From contig DDWQ01000011.1 in the NCBI GenBank assembly GCA_002345745.1, positions 21,995 to 85,994 of the forward strand: 64,000 nt of DNA, in the 5' to 3' direction. Source of the stretch: Candidatus Moranbacteria bacterium UBA2282 (GTDB lineage Bacteria > Patescibacteriota > Minisyncoccia > Moranbacterales > UBA2206). Shown here piece after piece: positions 27,924 to 36,693 of the stretch. A program made the translations under genes and the position numbers. The notes below the pieces were generated by a model. That model was not told the DNA's origin. It saw only the letters and a list, made by a program, of their open reading frames with translations, and ran no database searches. Within the stretch, counting starts at the first letter, position 1. Each line of letters starts with the position of its first letter.

Positions 27924-28015
27924 GAATGTGCAGGTAGATAAAAAATTAAATAGATAGATGTATTTGTGATTTGAGATAAATTAATTGTTATTTTAAATGT
28001 CAACGTTATTTAAAA

Positions 28016-28050
28016 TTAACATCTTCTCACGGTCGTAAGATTATGTTATG
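28016..28050. repeat. palindrome-containing element copy B (core CTCACGGTCGTAAG), inverted relative to copy C
   Basis: 30 nt identical to the reverse complement of 28621-28654. Ends 8 bp before the ATG of the 28059 ORF. Confidence 0.8.
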
Positions 28051-28058
28051 ATTGGGAT

Positions 28059-28619
28059 ATGTATAAATTCGGACCGGTGCAAAAGAAAATAATGATCACA
28101 CTTTTGGGTGGGGTTGCTTTGGGGATGTCCTCAAATCCGCGACAATATTTCAAGACTTTGCGGAAAGTGCGTAAAGATTGGAATAATGTCGATCAATATA
28201 GCTTCAAGCGTTCCGTTTTACGACTTTCAAAAGAAAAACTGATTGAGGAGAAAATTCTTCCGGACGGATCATTTAAATTGGTACTTACGAAAAAAGGCGG
28301 TGAGCAGGCAAAGAAATTAAACTTGCTAGGTAATTCCATTAAATTTAAATTTCCGAAAAAGTGGGACGGAAAATGGCGAATAGTTATTTTTGATATTCCG
28401 GAAAAAGATCGGGTGTTTCGAGATATTTTGCGTGGACATCTTCATAAGCTCAAATTTATTAAATTGCAAAACAGTGTCTTTGTTTCACCGCATCCTTTTG
28501 AAAGTCTTATTTTAGAATTAGTTGGATTGTATTCAGCTGAAAAATATGTACGGGTAATTACGGCATTAAAAATTGATAACGAAGATGACCTTAAAAAGAA
28601 ATTTTTTGATAAAATTTAA
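28059..28619 (+). CDS. putative transcriptional regulator: wHTH-like N-terminus plus Cas2-like / PaaX C-terminal-like domain
   Basis: C-terminal WRIVIFDIPEKDRVFRDILRGHLHKLKFIKLQNSVFVS matches the Cas2/PaaX_C beta-alpha-beta pattern (hhhhYDI...R..h...L...G.RhQ.SVF). The N-terminal ~90 aa is basic and helix-rich. Confidence 0.5.
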   Translation: MYKFGPVQKKIMITLLGGVALGMSSNPRQYFKTLRKVRKDWNNVDQYSFKRSVLRLSKEKLIEEKILPDGSFKLVLTKKGGEQAKKLNLLGNSIKFKFPKKWDGKWRIVIFDIPEKDRVFRDILRGHLHKLKFIKLQNSVFVSPHPFESLILELVGLYSAEKYVRVITALKIDNEDDLKKKFFDKI

Positions 28620-28620
28620 A

Positions 28621-28654
28621 TTAACATAATCTTACGACCGTGAGAAGATGTGGG
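28621..28654. repeat. palindrome-containing element copy C (core CTTACGACCGTGAG)
   Basis: Begins 2 bp after the stop of the 28059-28619 ORF. Confidence 0.8.
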
Positions 28655-28712
28655 TTTTGCATCACAAATCCCGTCACAAATCCTTGCTTCTAAGAGCCAA
28701 ATAGGCTAGAAT

Positions 28713-29261
28713 TTGCATATGAAAAGAAAAATATATATTAGTATTAATTTGCCAGCGCGGACGAAAAAAAGCCTTAGTAGAGCCACACAGAAGTGGGAGG
28801 ATTTGCCTGTGAAATGGTTTAAAGAGGATAATTTGCATATCCAGCTTTTTTTTCTTGGTTTTGTGGATGATGATTCTACCTATGAAATTTGTGAAAAAGT
28901 CACAGAGGCAGTGCATGATGTAGAAATTTTTGATGTTGAATTTGACGCAATCAAACTTAGTCCGACGCCGGAAGATCCTAGAGTGGTTGTTGTATCTGGC
29001 AAGCCTAGTACGGCGTTGCGAAATTTAGTGGAAAAAATTGAAAAAGAATTGGGTATTTTTTCCAGTTCTAAGAAAGAATTCCGTCCAAACATCACACTTG
29101 GAAAAATTCGCAAAAATATGTGGCAAGAACTGCCAGAAAAACCTGAGATATATAAACACTTCCCGTTACTAGCCACTGTGGAAACCGTCGATGTTATGGC
29201 AAGTGATTTTGAGGGAGATGATTTGGAATACGCAATTATTGAAAGTTGTGAATTGCAATAA
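28713..29261 (+). CDS. 2H phosphoesterase (LigT/ThpR-like) with degenerate HxT/S motifs
   Basis: Architecture and spacing match LigT (ENLHIQLFFLGFV...PNITLGKI). The two HxT catalytic tetrapeptides read HIQL and NITL. Confidence 0.55.
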   Translation: MHMKRKIYISINLPARTKKSLSRATQKWEDLPVKWFKEDNLHIQLFFLGFVDDDSTYEICEKVTEAVHDVEIFDVEFDAIKLSPTPEDPRVVVVSGKPSTALRNLVEKIEKELGIFSSSKKEFRPNITLGKIRKNMWQELPEKPEIYKHFPLLATVETVDVMASDFEGDDLEYAIIESCELQ

Positions 29262-29310
29262 ACAATTTTGTCGACACTTCAGTAAACTAGCTTACTGAAG
29301 CAAAAAAAAT

Positions 29311-30042
29311 ATGGATATTCTTGGAGTAAAATTAGATAATTTTACTAGAAAAGAAGTACTTGCAAAAGTGACAACTTTTTTGGCGGAAGATAGATTTCAT
29401 CAGATCGCTACTATCAATCCAGAATTTATCTTGCGTGCACAAAAAGATGTGGCATTTCGAGATATTCTAAATGACTGCGATTTGAAAGTTGTGGATGGAG
29501 TTGGTATTTGGTTCGCATTCCTACGTTTTGGGAAATATTTGAAAAGCCGAATGACTGGTATTGATTTGATGATGGAAATTTTGAAATTAGCTTCGGAAAA
29601 TAAATTAAAGGTTTTTTTAATAAGTTATGATGGTGCCTTGAGTTCTTGGGAAGAAACGAAAGTGGCAATCTTGAAAATTCATCCTAATTTAGAAATAGAC
29701 GGCGAGCTCTTGGACACTGGGTGTCCAATGGACATTAAGAATGAGAGACACTCAGTGTCCAAAGCGATTGCTGATTATGAGATTGTTTTTTGTTCCCTGG
29801 GCACTCCATCGCAAGAAAAATTACTGCACTCGCTAAAAACCGTAGAAAATGCTAAGATACGGTTAGTAATGGGCGTTGGAGGCAGTTTTGATTTTTTGAC
29901 TGGCAAGTGTAAAAGAGCTCCAAAATTTTTACAAAAAATTGGTCTGGAATGGTTGTGGCGTTTTTTACAAGAGCCAAAATATCGTGCCAAGAGAATTTTC
30001 CGTGCAGTTATAGTTTTTCCCATTAAAATAATTTTCAATTAA
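29311..30042 (+). CDS. WecB/TagA/CpsF family glycosyltransferase
   Basis: ATINPEFIL...DGVGI...GVGGSFDF...EWLWR are conserved blocks of the WecG/TagA family. Confidence 0.8.
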   Translation: MDILGVKLDNFTRKEVLAKVTTFLAEDRFHQIATINPEFILRAQKDVAFRDILNDCDLKVVDGVGIWFAFLRFGKYLKSRMTGIDLMMEILKLASENKLKVFLISYDGALSSWEETKVAILKIHPNLEIDGELLDTGCPMDIKNERHSVSKAIADYEIVFCSLGTPSQEKLLHSLKTVENAKIRLVMGVGGSFDFLTGKCKRAPKFLQKIGLEWLWRFLQEPKYRAKRIFRAVIVFPIKIIFN

Positions 30043-30063
30043 AAATACACTATAGGAGAATCT

Positions 30064-30417
30064 ATGGATAAATTTACTGCGAGAATAGTTGGGATTGTTG
30101 CAAAAGGCAAGCAAAAGGGTCGTGAGTTGGGATTTCCAACTGCCAATTTGGTATTATTGGATTCTGCTCTGAAAAGCGGGGTTTATGCCGGCAAAGCTAT
30201 CTTTGATGGTGGGGAATATGTGGCGGCGATTTTTGTGCCAGATTTAGGTAACTTGCTGGAAGCGCACATTTTGGATTTTCAAGGTGATTTGTATGGCAAA
30301 GAAATTGAAGTTGCGGTGGGCCGGAAAATTCGGGAAGCACTAAGGTTTAAAAGTGAAAAAGAATTAGTTAGTCAAATATCCAAAGATTTACTGCAGATTA
30401 GAAGTGCTAAAATATAA
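30064..30417 (+). CDS. riboflavin kinase (stand-alone kinase domain)
   Basis: GRELGFPTANL and GVYAGKA...GEYVAAI match the RibF C-terminal kinase domain. 117 aa with no FAD synthetase domain. Confidence 0.7.
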   Translation: MDKFTARIVGIVAKGKQKGRELGFPTANLVLLDSALKSGVYAGKAIFDGGEYVAAIFVPDLGNLLEAHILDFQGDLYGKEIEVAVGRKIREALRFKSEKELVSQISKDLLQIRSAKI

Positions 30418-30430
30418 TTTTAAGAAACTT

Positions 30431-31051
30431 ATGTATACAGGCATAGTACAAGGTATTTCCAAAGTTATCAAATTAAACAAAATAGGCGGGGTTTTGAATA
30501 TAACCATAGATTTTAGCGATGCACTTGCAAGTCATTTAGTTATGAGTGCTAGTGTAGCAATTGACGGCGTCTGTATGACTGTGTCAGGCATAGATGGCAA
30601 CCGCATCTCGTTTGATGCTATGAAAGAAACATTGGAAAACACGACACTTGGAAAGCTTGAGGTTGGCAGTGCTGTTAATATTGAGCGGTCAGCCAAGCAA
30701 GGGGATGAAATCGGAGGACATATATTATCCGGACACATTGAGGGAATGGCAGAGATCATTGATATTGATTCTAGTGATAATAATTTCGTTGTAACTTTTC
30801 GTTTTCCTGAAGCATGGAATGAATATATTTTTCATAAAGGATTTGTCGGCGTCAACGGCGCGAGCCTGACTGTGGTTAAACACGACAATAAAAAAAATGA
30901 ATTCTGTGTATATTTCATTCCGGAAACTTTGAAATTAACAACATTTGCAGAAAAAAAAGTTGGTGACTTTGTTAATATTGAAATTGACGGTCAAACAAAA
31001 ATAATTGTCGATACAGTGAAGAGTTATATGGAGCATCAAAATATAATCTAA
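30431..31051 (+). CDS. ribE: riboflavin synthase alpha subunit
   Basis: MYTGIVQGI N-terminus and duplicated lumazine-binding halves (IDGVCMTV / VNGASLTV). The start was moved to the ATG at 30431. Confidence 0.85.
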   Translation: MYTGIVQGISKVIKLNKIGGVLNITIDFSDALASHLVMSASVAIDGVCMTVSGIDGNRISFDAMKETLENTTLGKLEVGSAVNIERSAKQGDEIGGHILSGHIEGMAEIIDIDSSDNNFVVTFRFPEAWNEYIFHKGFVGVNGASLTVVKHDNKKNEFCVYFIPETLKLTTFAEKKVGDFVNIEIDGQTKIIVDTVKSYMEHQNII

Positions 31052-31067
31052 TTAACATGGAAAAAAT

Positions 31068-31484
31068 ATGCAAAAAAACATAGCAATTATCCTCGGCTCT
31101 TTTCATAAGAATCAGGTAGAAGAAATGCTGGATGAGGCGAAAAAAACTGCTGCCACAATTGGTTTGAATATAATTGAGGAAGTTTGGGTTCCGGGGTCAT
31201 ATGAAAAGCCATTAATACTGAAGGGTCTTTTATCGCGTGAAGATGTGGCTGGCGCAGTAGTTTTGAGCATCATCGAAAAAGGTGAAACAAAACATGGTCT
31301 AGTTATGGCACAGGTGGTTATGGGCAAAATTTTAGATTTGGAATTGGAATATATGAAACCAGTAGGTATTGGAATTTTGGGGCCAGAAATTTTGCCAGAG
31401 CAAATCTCTAATCGTCTGCGACCATACGCTCGCGACGCAATCAAAGCTACTAAAATAATGTTAGATATAATGGAATCTAAATAA
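31068..31484 (+). CDS. ribH: 6,7-dimethyl-8-ribityllumazine synthase
   Basis: Size and flavodoxin-like pattern (IAIILGSFHKNQ..., GAVVLSII). Sits in the riboflavin cluster. Confidence 0.65.
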   Translation: MQKNIAIILGSFHKNQVEEMLDEAKKTAATIGLNIIEEVWVPGSYEKPLILKGLLSREDVAGAVVLSIIEKGETKHGLVMAQVVMGKILDLELEYMKPVGIGILGPEILPEQISNRLRPYARDAIKATKIMLDIMESK

Positions 31485-31492
31485 AAAACACT

Positions 31493-33577
31493 ATGTTCAC
31501 AAAAAACTTCACGCAACTAAATAGAAATGATGCTGATATCGCCGGCGGTAAAGGCGCTTCCCTTGGTGAGATGATTCAATCTGGCATTCCAGTGCCAGAG
31601 GGCTTTGTCGTGCTGGCGGGAACTTTTGAAAAATTTTTGGAAGAAACTGATTTGAATGTTGAAGTTGATGCAATTCTGCATACTGTGGATCACAATGCGA
31701 TGCACACAGTTGAAGATGCTTCCGAAAAAATTCAAGCCTTGATCAAGGCCGCACAAATGCCAAGTGACATTGCGCAGGAGATTGAAAAAGAATTTGTGAA
31801 ATTGGACGCTGAATTTGTGGCGGTCAGGTCCAGTGCCACTGCCGAAGACGGCACCGAAAATGCTTGGGCTGGACAACTGGATTCATACTTGAACACTACG
31901 GAGGATAATCTATTGGAAAAAGTGCAACACTGTTGGGCATCTCTCTTCACCCCGCGAGCAATTTTCTATCGCTTTGAAAAAAATTTGCACAAGCAAAAAA
32001 TTTCCGTGGCGGTGGTGGTGCAAAAAATGGTCGCCAGCGAAATTTCTGGCATTGCTTTTTCTGTGCATCCTGTCACGGAGGATTATAATCAGCTTATTAT
32101 CGAAGCCGGTTTTGGCTTGGGCGAAGCGATTGTCTCCGGCTCGATCACACCAGATTCCTATGTGGTGGAAAAAGAATCACGCAACATTTTGGACATTAAC
32201 GTCTCCACACAAACTCGCGGACTCTATCGCGCGCAAAATGGCGGCAATGAGTGGCGAGACGTTCCCGAACCGCAAGCCTCATCGCAAGTGCTGACGCAAG
32301 AACAAATATTGGAACTGTCGGAAATAATCCTTGGCATCGAAAAACATTATGGTTTCCCGTGCGACATTGAATGGGCATATGAGAACAGTAAATTCTACAT
32401 CGTGCAAAGCCGACCAATTACAACACTGCAAAAGAAGCAGGAAACATCTGAAGAAAATATTGTTGAATTTGTTAATAAGAACAAATTTCACAAGCAATTT
32501 GTTTATTCCTTTTTGCCTACGGTTTCCAAAACGTTTTTGCCAATTTTTACATTTGAGGCAACTACAAACTGCTACTTAAATAATCCACTTGTGGGCAGAC
32601 TAAGATTGAAGAAATTGCCAAAGTTTGTCATCACACTGAAGGATGGTTATGAAGATTGGGAAGGCGGTGACATGCAAAAAATAACCAGGGATACAGATAT
32701 TAAATTTATTATCCAAGAGTGCCGAACGATCATGGAGAAGCATTCACAATTCACAGAAGAATTGTTGCAAAAAGATTATTCAAAAATTGATAACATTGAG
32801 CTTGCAGAAATATTAAGAAAATCAAATGAGGTTATGAAAGAAATTTGCCAGCGTCAAATATTTTTGATTCGCGATTTCATTGAAACAGAAAACTCAGCAT
32901 ACATCAAAATTTTGCCAGAACTTCGAGTTGAAATAACTAATTTTGTAGATAAATTTTACATTTCTTGCAATGATATTCTGACATCGCTAGCTGATAGGTT
33001 TGAGCAAATACCATGGCGAACTTTTATGTATGCGACTACGGGAGAAATAATAGAACTATTACAAGGCTCAAAAGCTACTGATGAATTTGCAAAAATATAC
33101 CAGCGTCACATTGCGTTTGTATTTGATGGAGAAAAAATTTCATTCATCACGGATTCATCGATAGTTTCAAAGGTTGATGAAATTTTGCACAAGAAAGAAT
33201 CAGGCAAGCAAGTGGAAATTACTTCAAATCAATTTTATGGCAACTCAGCTTTTGGCGGCCACGCCAAGGGGAATGTGGTCAAAATCACAGATGCTCAATA
33301 CAGAGATATTGCAAAATATTTGGAAGATAAAAAGGATTATATTCTAGTGATTTCTATGACTCGTCCAGAATTTATACCATACTTAAAAAACTGCAAAGCC
33401 ATCATCACCGACGAAGGTGGTATCACTTGTCACGCCGCCATCGTTTCCCGCGAACTCAAAATTCCTTGCATCATCAGCACCAAAATCGCCACGCAAGTTT
33501 TGCATGATGGAGATTTAGTGGAAGTGGATGCAGATAAGGGGATTGTGAGAATATTGAACAGAAAAAAGTTGACATGA
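31493..33577 (+). CDS. PEP-utilising enzyme family phosphotransferase (PPDK-N ATP-grasp nucleotide-binding domain + middle domain + phospho-His swivel domain)
   Basis: N-terminus DIAGGKGASLGEMIQSGIPVPEGFVV (PPDK_N / PEP synthase ATP domain). C-terminus GGITCHAAIVSRELKIPCII with the catalytic His. No TIM-barrel PEP/pyruvate domain, so the architecture resembles rifampin-phosphotransferase/YvkC-like enzymes. Confidence 0.8.
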   Translation: MFTKNFTQLNRNDADIAGGKGASLGEMIQSGIPVPEGFVVLAGTFEKFLEETDLNVEVDAILHTVDHNAMHTVEDASEKIQALIKAAQMPSDIAQEIEKEFVKLDAEFVAVRSSATAEDGTENAWAGQLDSYLNTTEDNLLEKVQHCWASLFTPRAIFYRFEKNLHKQKISVAVVVQKMVASEISGIAFSVHPVTEDYNQLIIEAGFGLGEAIVSGSITPDSYVVEKESRNILDINVSTQTRGLYRAQNGGNEWRDVPEPQASSQVLTQEQILELSEIILGIEKHYGFPCDIEWAYENSKFYIVQSRPITTLQKKQETSEENIVEFVNKNKFHKQFVYSFLPTVSKTFLPIFTFEATTNCYLNNPLVGRLRLKKLPKFVITLKDGYEDWEGGDMQKITRDTDIKFIIQECRTIMEKHSQFTEELLQKDYSKIDNIELAEILRKSNEVMKEICQRQIFLIRDFIETENSAYIKILPELRVEITNFVDKFYISCNDILTSLADRFEQIPWRTFMYATTGEIIELLQGSKATDEFAKIYQRHIAFVFDGEKISFITDSSIVSKVDEILHKKESGKQVEITSNQFYGNSAFGGHAKGNVVKITDAQYRDIAKYLEDKKDYILVISMTRPEFIPYLKNCKAIITDEGGITCHAAIVSRELKIPCIISTKIATQVLHDGDLVEVDADKGIVRILNRKKLT

Positions 33578-33645
33578 TGAATTAATCATCGTATTATGAA
33601 ATCAGATACTTATAAAATATTATAAACTTTTGTTTTAATAAAAAT

Positions 33646-34254
33646 ATGAAATATTTAGATTTTGCAGAGATATTTAAGGATTTTAACTCTTTTTCATTTC
33701 AGGATATTAAAAATGCCTTTGGTGATGTCAACCACTCACAATTGAGTGACTGGAAAAGGAAAGACCTTCTGCAATATGCAAAAAGAGGAGTTTTTGTTTT
33801 GCCAAATGCTAAAATTGACTTACATATTTTAGCTAACGAACTAAATTATTCGTATATATCCCTTGAATATGCATTGTCATATTATCAGATGATTCCAGAT
33901 GTAGCGCAAACCATTACTTCAATTTCAAAGGATAGAAATGAGAAGATTCACAATGAATTTGGCAGTTTCGTGTATCAAAAAATAGCTAAAGATCTTTTTT
34001 TGGACTACATTTTAGTTAAAAGTGAAAATGAGAAGAGATATTTTAGAATCGCGACTCCGGAAAAAGCCCTATTTGATTTGGTTTATTTACGGCAGGATTT
34101 GCAAACCAAAAACGACTTTGAATCTTTGCGTTTAACATTACCAAAGGATTTTAAAATATCTAAAATTAAAAAACTTTCCAGCTTAGTTAAGGCGAATAGA
34201 ATGAAAAGCAGGCTAAATAATTTAATTGATTATTTGTATGATTGCGTTAAATGA
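33646..34254 (+). CDS. AbiEi-like antitoxin (type IV TA, wHTH)
   Basis: Size, N-terminal wHTH-like segment and the position directly upstream of, and overlapping, the AbiEii-like gene. Confidence 0.55.
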   Translation: MKYLDFAEIFKDFNSFSFQDIKNAFGDVNHSQLSDWKRKDLLQYAKRGVFVLPNAKIDLHILANELNYSYISLEYALSYYQMIPDVAQTITSISKDRNEKIHNEFGSFVYQKIAKDLFLDYILVKSENEKRYFRIATPEKALFDLVYLRQDLQTKNDFESLRLTLPKDFKISKIKKLSSLVKANRMKSRLNNLIDYLYDCVK

Positions 34255-35011
34255 AATACTAAAATATTATTCAGCGACTGAAGTGAGGCATGTCAGGCAT
34301 ATTTTAAAGGAATATCTGCAATATCGAATTTTGAATATTGTTTTTTCTTCAAAATATGGAGATCGACTTATTTTTATGGGCGGTACTTGCATTAGAATTG
34401 TTCATGGCAATGATCGTTTTTCTGAGGATATTGATTTGGATAATTTTGATTTAACTGAAGAAAATTTTAGCGACCTTATGAATATTGTAAAGTTGGAGCT
34501 TGAGAAAGAGGGGATAAGCGTTGAGATCAGGAATACTTTCAAGGCAGTCTATCATTGCTATATTAAATTTCCTCAAATACTATTTGATAATAAGTTATCA
34601 CCATTAAAAGATGAGAAAATTTTAATTCAAATAGACAGTTTTAAACTAAAAAAGAAGCCGGGAACTGTATTGAAAATAATTAGTAAATTCGATGTTTTTG
34701 CAGAGATAAAAGTTTATCCGATGGAAATCGCTTTGGCACAGAAAATTCATGCCCTAGTAGAACGAAAGAGATTTAAGGGGCGGGATATTTATGATATCGT
34801 ATATTTGTATTCTTTAACGCAGCCGGATTGGAATTATCTGAAAAAATATTTAAATATTGGAAATCAAAAAGAGCTAAAAGAAAAATTGTTGAATTTATTT
34901 ACCAAAAAAGAATTACAAAGTTTGGCTAAGGATGTCGAACCTTTCTTGATTAACGCTAGAAAAGTAATTCAAATAGAAAAATTTAATGAGTGGGTTGAGT
35001 CTAGGTTATAA
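34226..35011 (+). CDS. AbiEii/AbiGii-family nucleotidyltransferase toxin
   Basis: MGGTCIRIVHGNDRFSEDIDLD matches the (K/M)GGTAL...R.SEDLD nucleotidyltransferase signature of DUF1814/AbiEii. Confidence 0.75.
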   Translation: MIICMIALNEILKYYSATEVRHVRHILKEYLQYRILNIVFSSKYGDRLIFMGGTCIRIVHGNDRFSEDIDLDNFDLTEENFSDLMNIVKLELEKEGISVEIRNTFKAVYHCYIKFPQILFDNKLSPLKDEKILIQIDSFKLKKKPGTVLKIISKFDVFAEIKVYPMEIALAQKIHALVERKRFKGRDIYDIVYLYSLTQPDWNYLKKYLNIGNQKELKEKLLNLFTKKELQSLAKDVEPFLINARKVIQIEKFNEWVESRL

Positions 35012-35127
35012 CTTAAAGCAAATATAAAACGATGCATCTATGACTACCAAAACCGTCATAAGTGTAATATAGGCAAAAAATACCTTATTTTAGTCGAAAT
35101 TTATCGACAGCATAAGTCCTTCAAATA

Positions 35128-35207
35128 AAATCGCCACCCAAGTTTTGCATGACGGGGATTTGGTGGAGGTGGATGCGGATAATGGGATTGTGAAAATTAT
35201 TAAATAA
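35128..35207 (+). pseudogene. 3' remnant of a PEP-utilising swivel-domain gene (last 26 codons only)
   Basis: Translates KIATQVLHDGDLVEVDADNGIVKIIK*. It is ~90% nt identical to the 3' ends of the neighbouring paralogs. No upstream ORF is connected. Confidence 0.7.
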
Positions 35208-35213
35208 ATTATT

Positions 35214-36689
35214 ATGGAAAATATTTTATTGGAAAAAATAAATCGTGAATGGCTACAAATTGCAGTTAGGCGTATGTCGTATCAAAAAATGCGTCTCTAT
35301 CATGACGGATTGATTCGAGGATTTAGAGATATTTTTGGTTATAATCAACATTTTTCTTTGGGCAGAATAAAAAATGGAGAGAATATTTATCATACAAATC
35401 GCCAAGAAGCAGAGGGTCAAGAAAAATTTATTCTAAATAAATTTATTGACACCAACTATATCAATTCAACCGTCAAAACACTTGGCAAAGAAATAGCATT
35501 GAATCTTGACAGCTATCTTGCATTTATCAAGTCCCTACCACAAGATTGGAGTGCCTATTCAAATAGTGAGCTAGTTGAAAATATACATCATCTGTATGAC
35601 AATGATCGCAAAGTTGAGGCATATTATTGGATTTTGTTTGATAATATAGAGAATGTTGCCGTGTTGGCAACTAGACAAGTAATGACTAGGAATGGCCATA
35701 ATGCAAAAGCGATAGAAAAAGCTTTTGCAGTCATTTCTCAACCGACTTTGATCATTCCGTTGGACATGGAAAGATTGTCTATATTGAAAGTGGCACTTTG
35801 TGAGAATGGCGCCAAACAAGAAACGCTGAAAAAGCACTGGGAAAAATTTGCTTATATGCCAATGTATGACATTAATTATGATTCACATGATTTGGAATAT
35901 TTCGAAAGAGAACTTGCCTTGATTGAAAAAGAAATTACCGTTGAGAATATTCAAGCTGAAATTGAAAATATAAACTTGAAATATTCTGATAGAAAAAAGC
36001 AGTGTTCTGATACTATCAAGCTTTTCAATAAAGATGCGGAAGTTGCCATCATGTTGGAATTTTTGAACGCTTTTGCCTCGCTCAAGGATCGCAAGCCCTA
36101 TGTTCGTGATCAAAGTAGCTATTTCACCAAAAATTTATTTGCTGAAGCTGCAAAGCGTCTGGACATTTCTTTATCCGAAGTTTTGTTTCTAACTAAAACA
36201 GAATTGGATGACGCATTGATTGGCAAACTTGAAATATCCAAATCAATGCTTGCGGAGAGAATCACAAGCAGCGCTTATTTATTTGAAGATGAGGATGTGT
36301 ATGTTTTCACAAAACCCGATGAATTAGCAATAATTGATAGTTATCTAGCGACGAAAAAAGATGCCTCAACTGAACTCAAAGGAGTGGTTGTGTCTAGCGG
36401 AAAAGCCGTGGGTACAGTGGCCATCATCATTAGTAATACTGATTTTGACAAATTCAAAGAAGGTCAAATACTCGTGACTAGCTCAACTCGACCTGATTTT
36501 GTACCGCTCATGAAAAAAGCAGTTGCTATCTTGACTGACGAAGGTGGAATTTTGAGTCACGCTGCTATCGTATCACGGGAATTGAAAGTGCCATGTATTG
36601 TTGGATTGAAAAATGCCACCCAAATTCTGGAAGATGGAGATTTGATTGAGATAGATGCAGCCAAGGGAATTGTAAAAATTATTAAATAA
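35214..36689 (+). CDS. PEP-utilising swivel-domain protein lacking the ATP-grasp domain (paralog 2)
   Basis: C-terminus GGILSHAAIVSRELKVPCIVGLKNATQILEDGDLIEIDAAKGIVKIIK. The N-terminal 400 aa are homologous to the middle domain of paralog 4. Confidence 0.7.
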   Translation: MENILLEKINREWLQIAVRRMSYQKMRLYHDGLIRGFRDIFGYNQHFSLGRIKNGENIYHTNRQEAEGQEKFILNKFIDTNYINSTVKTLGKEIALNLDSYLAFIKSLPQDWSAYSNSELVENIHHLYDNDRKVEAYYWILFDNIENVAVLATRQVMTRNGHNAKAIEKAFAVISQPTLIIPLDMERLSILKVALCENGAKQETLKKHWEKFAYMPMYDINYDSHDLEYFERELALIEKEITVENIQAEIENINLKYSDRKKQCSDTIKLFNKDAEVAIMLEFLNAFASLKDRKPYVRDQSSYFTKNLFAEAAKRLDISLSEVLFLTKTELDDALIGKLEISKSMLAERITSSAYLFEDEDVYVFTKPDELAIIDSYLATKKDASTELKGVVVSSGKAVGTVAIIISNTDFDKFKEGQILVTSSTRPDFVPLMKKAVAILTDEGGILSHAAIVSRELKVPCIVGLKNATQILEDGDLIEIDAAKGIVKIIK

Positions 36690-36693
36690 TCAT

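Noticed and set aside
27880-28660. Possible CRISPR array suggested by repeated ~35-bp elements
   Set aside because: There are only three copies and the spacing is irregular (126 bp and 570 bp). One copy is inverted, and the intervening DNA is a gene. This is not a repeat-spacer array.
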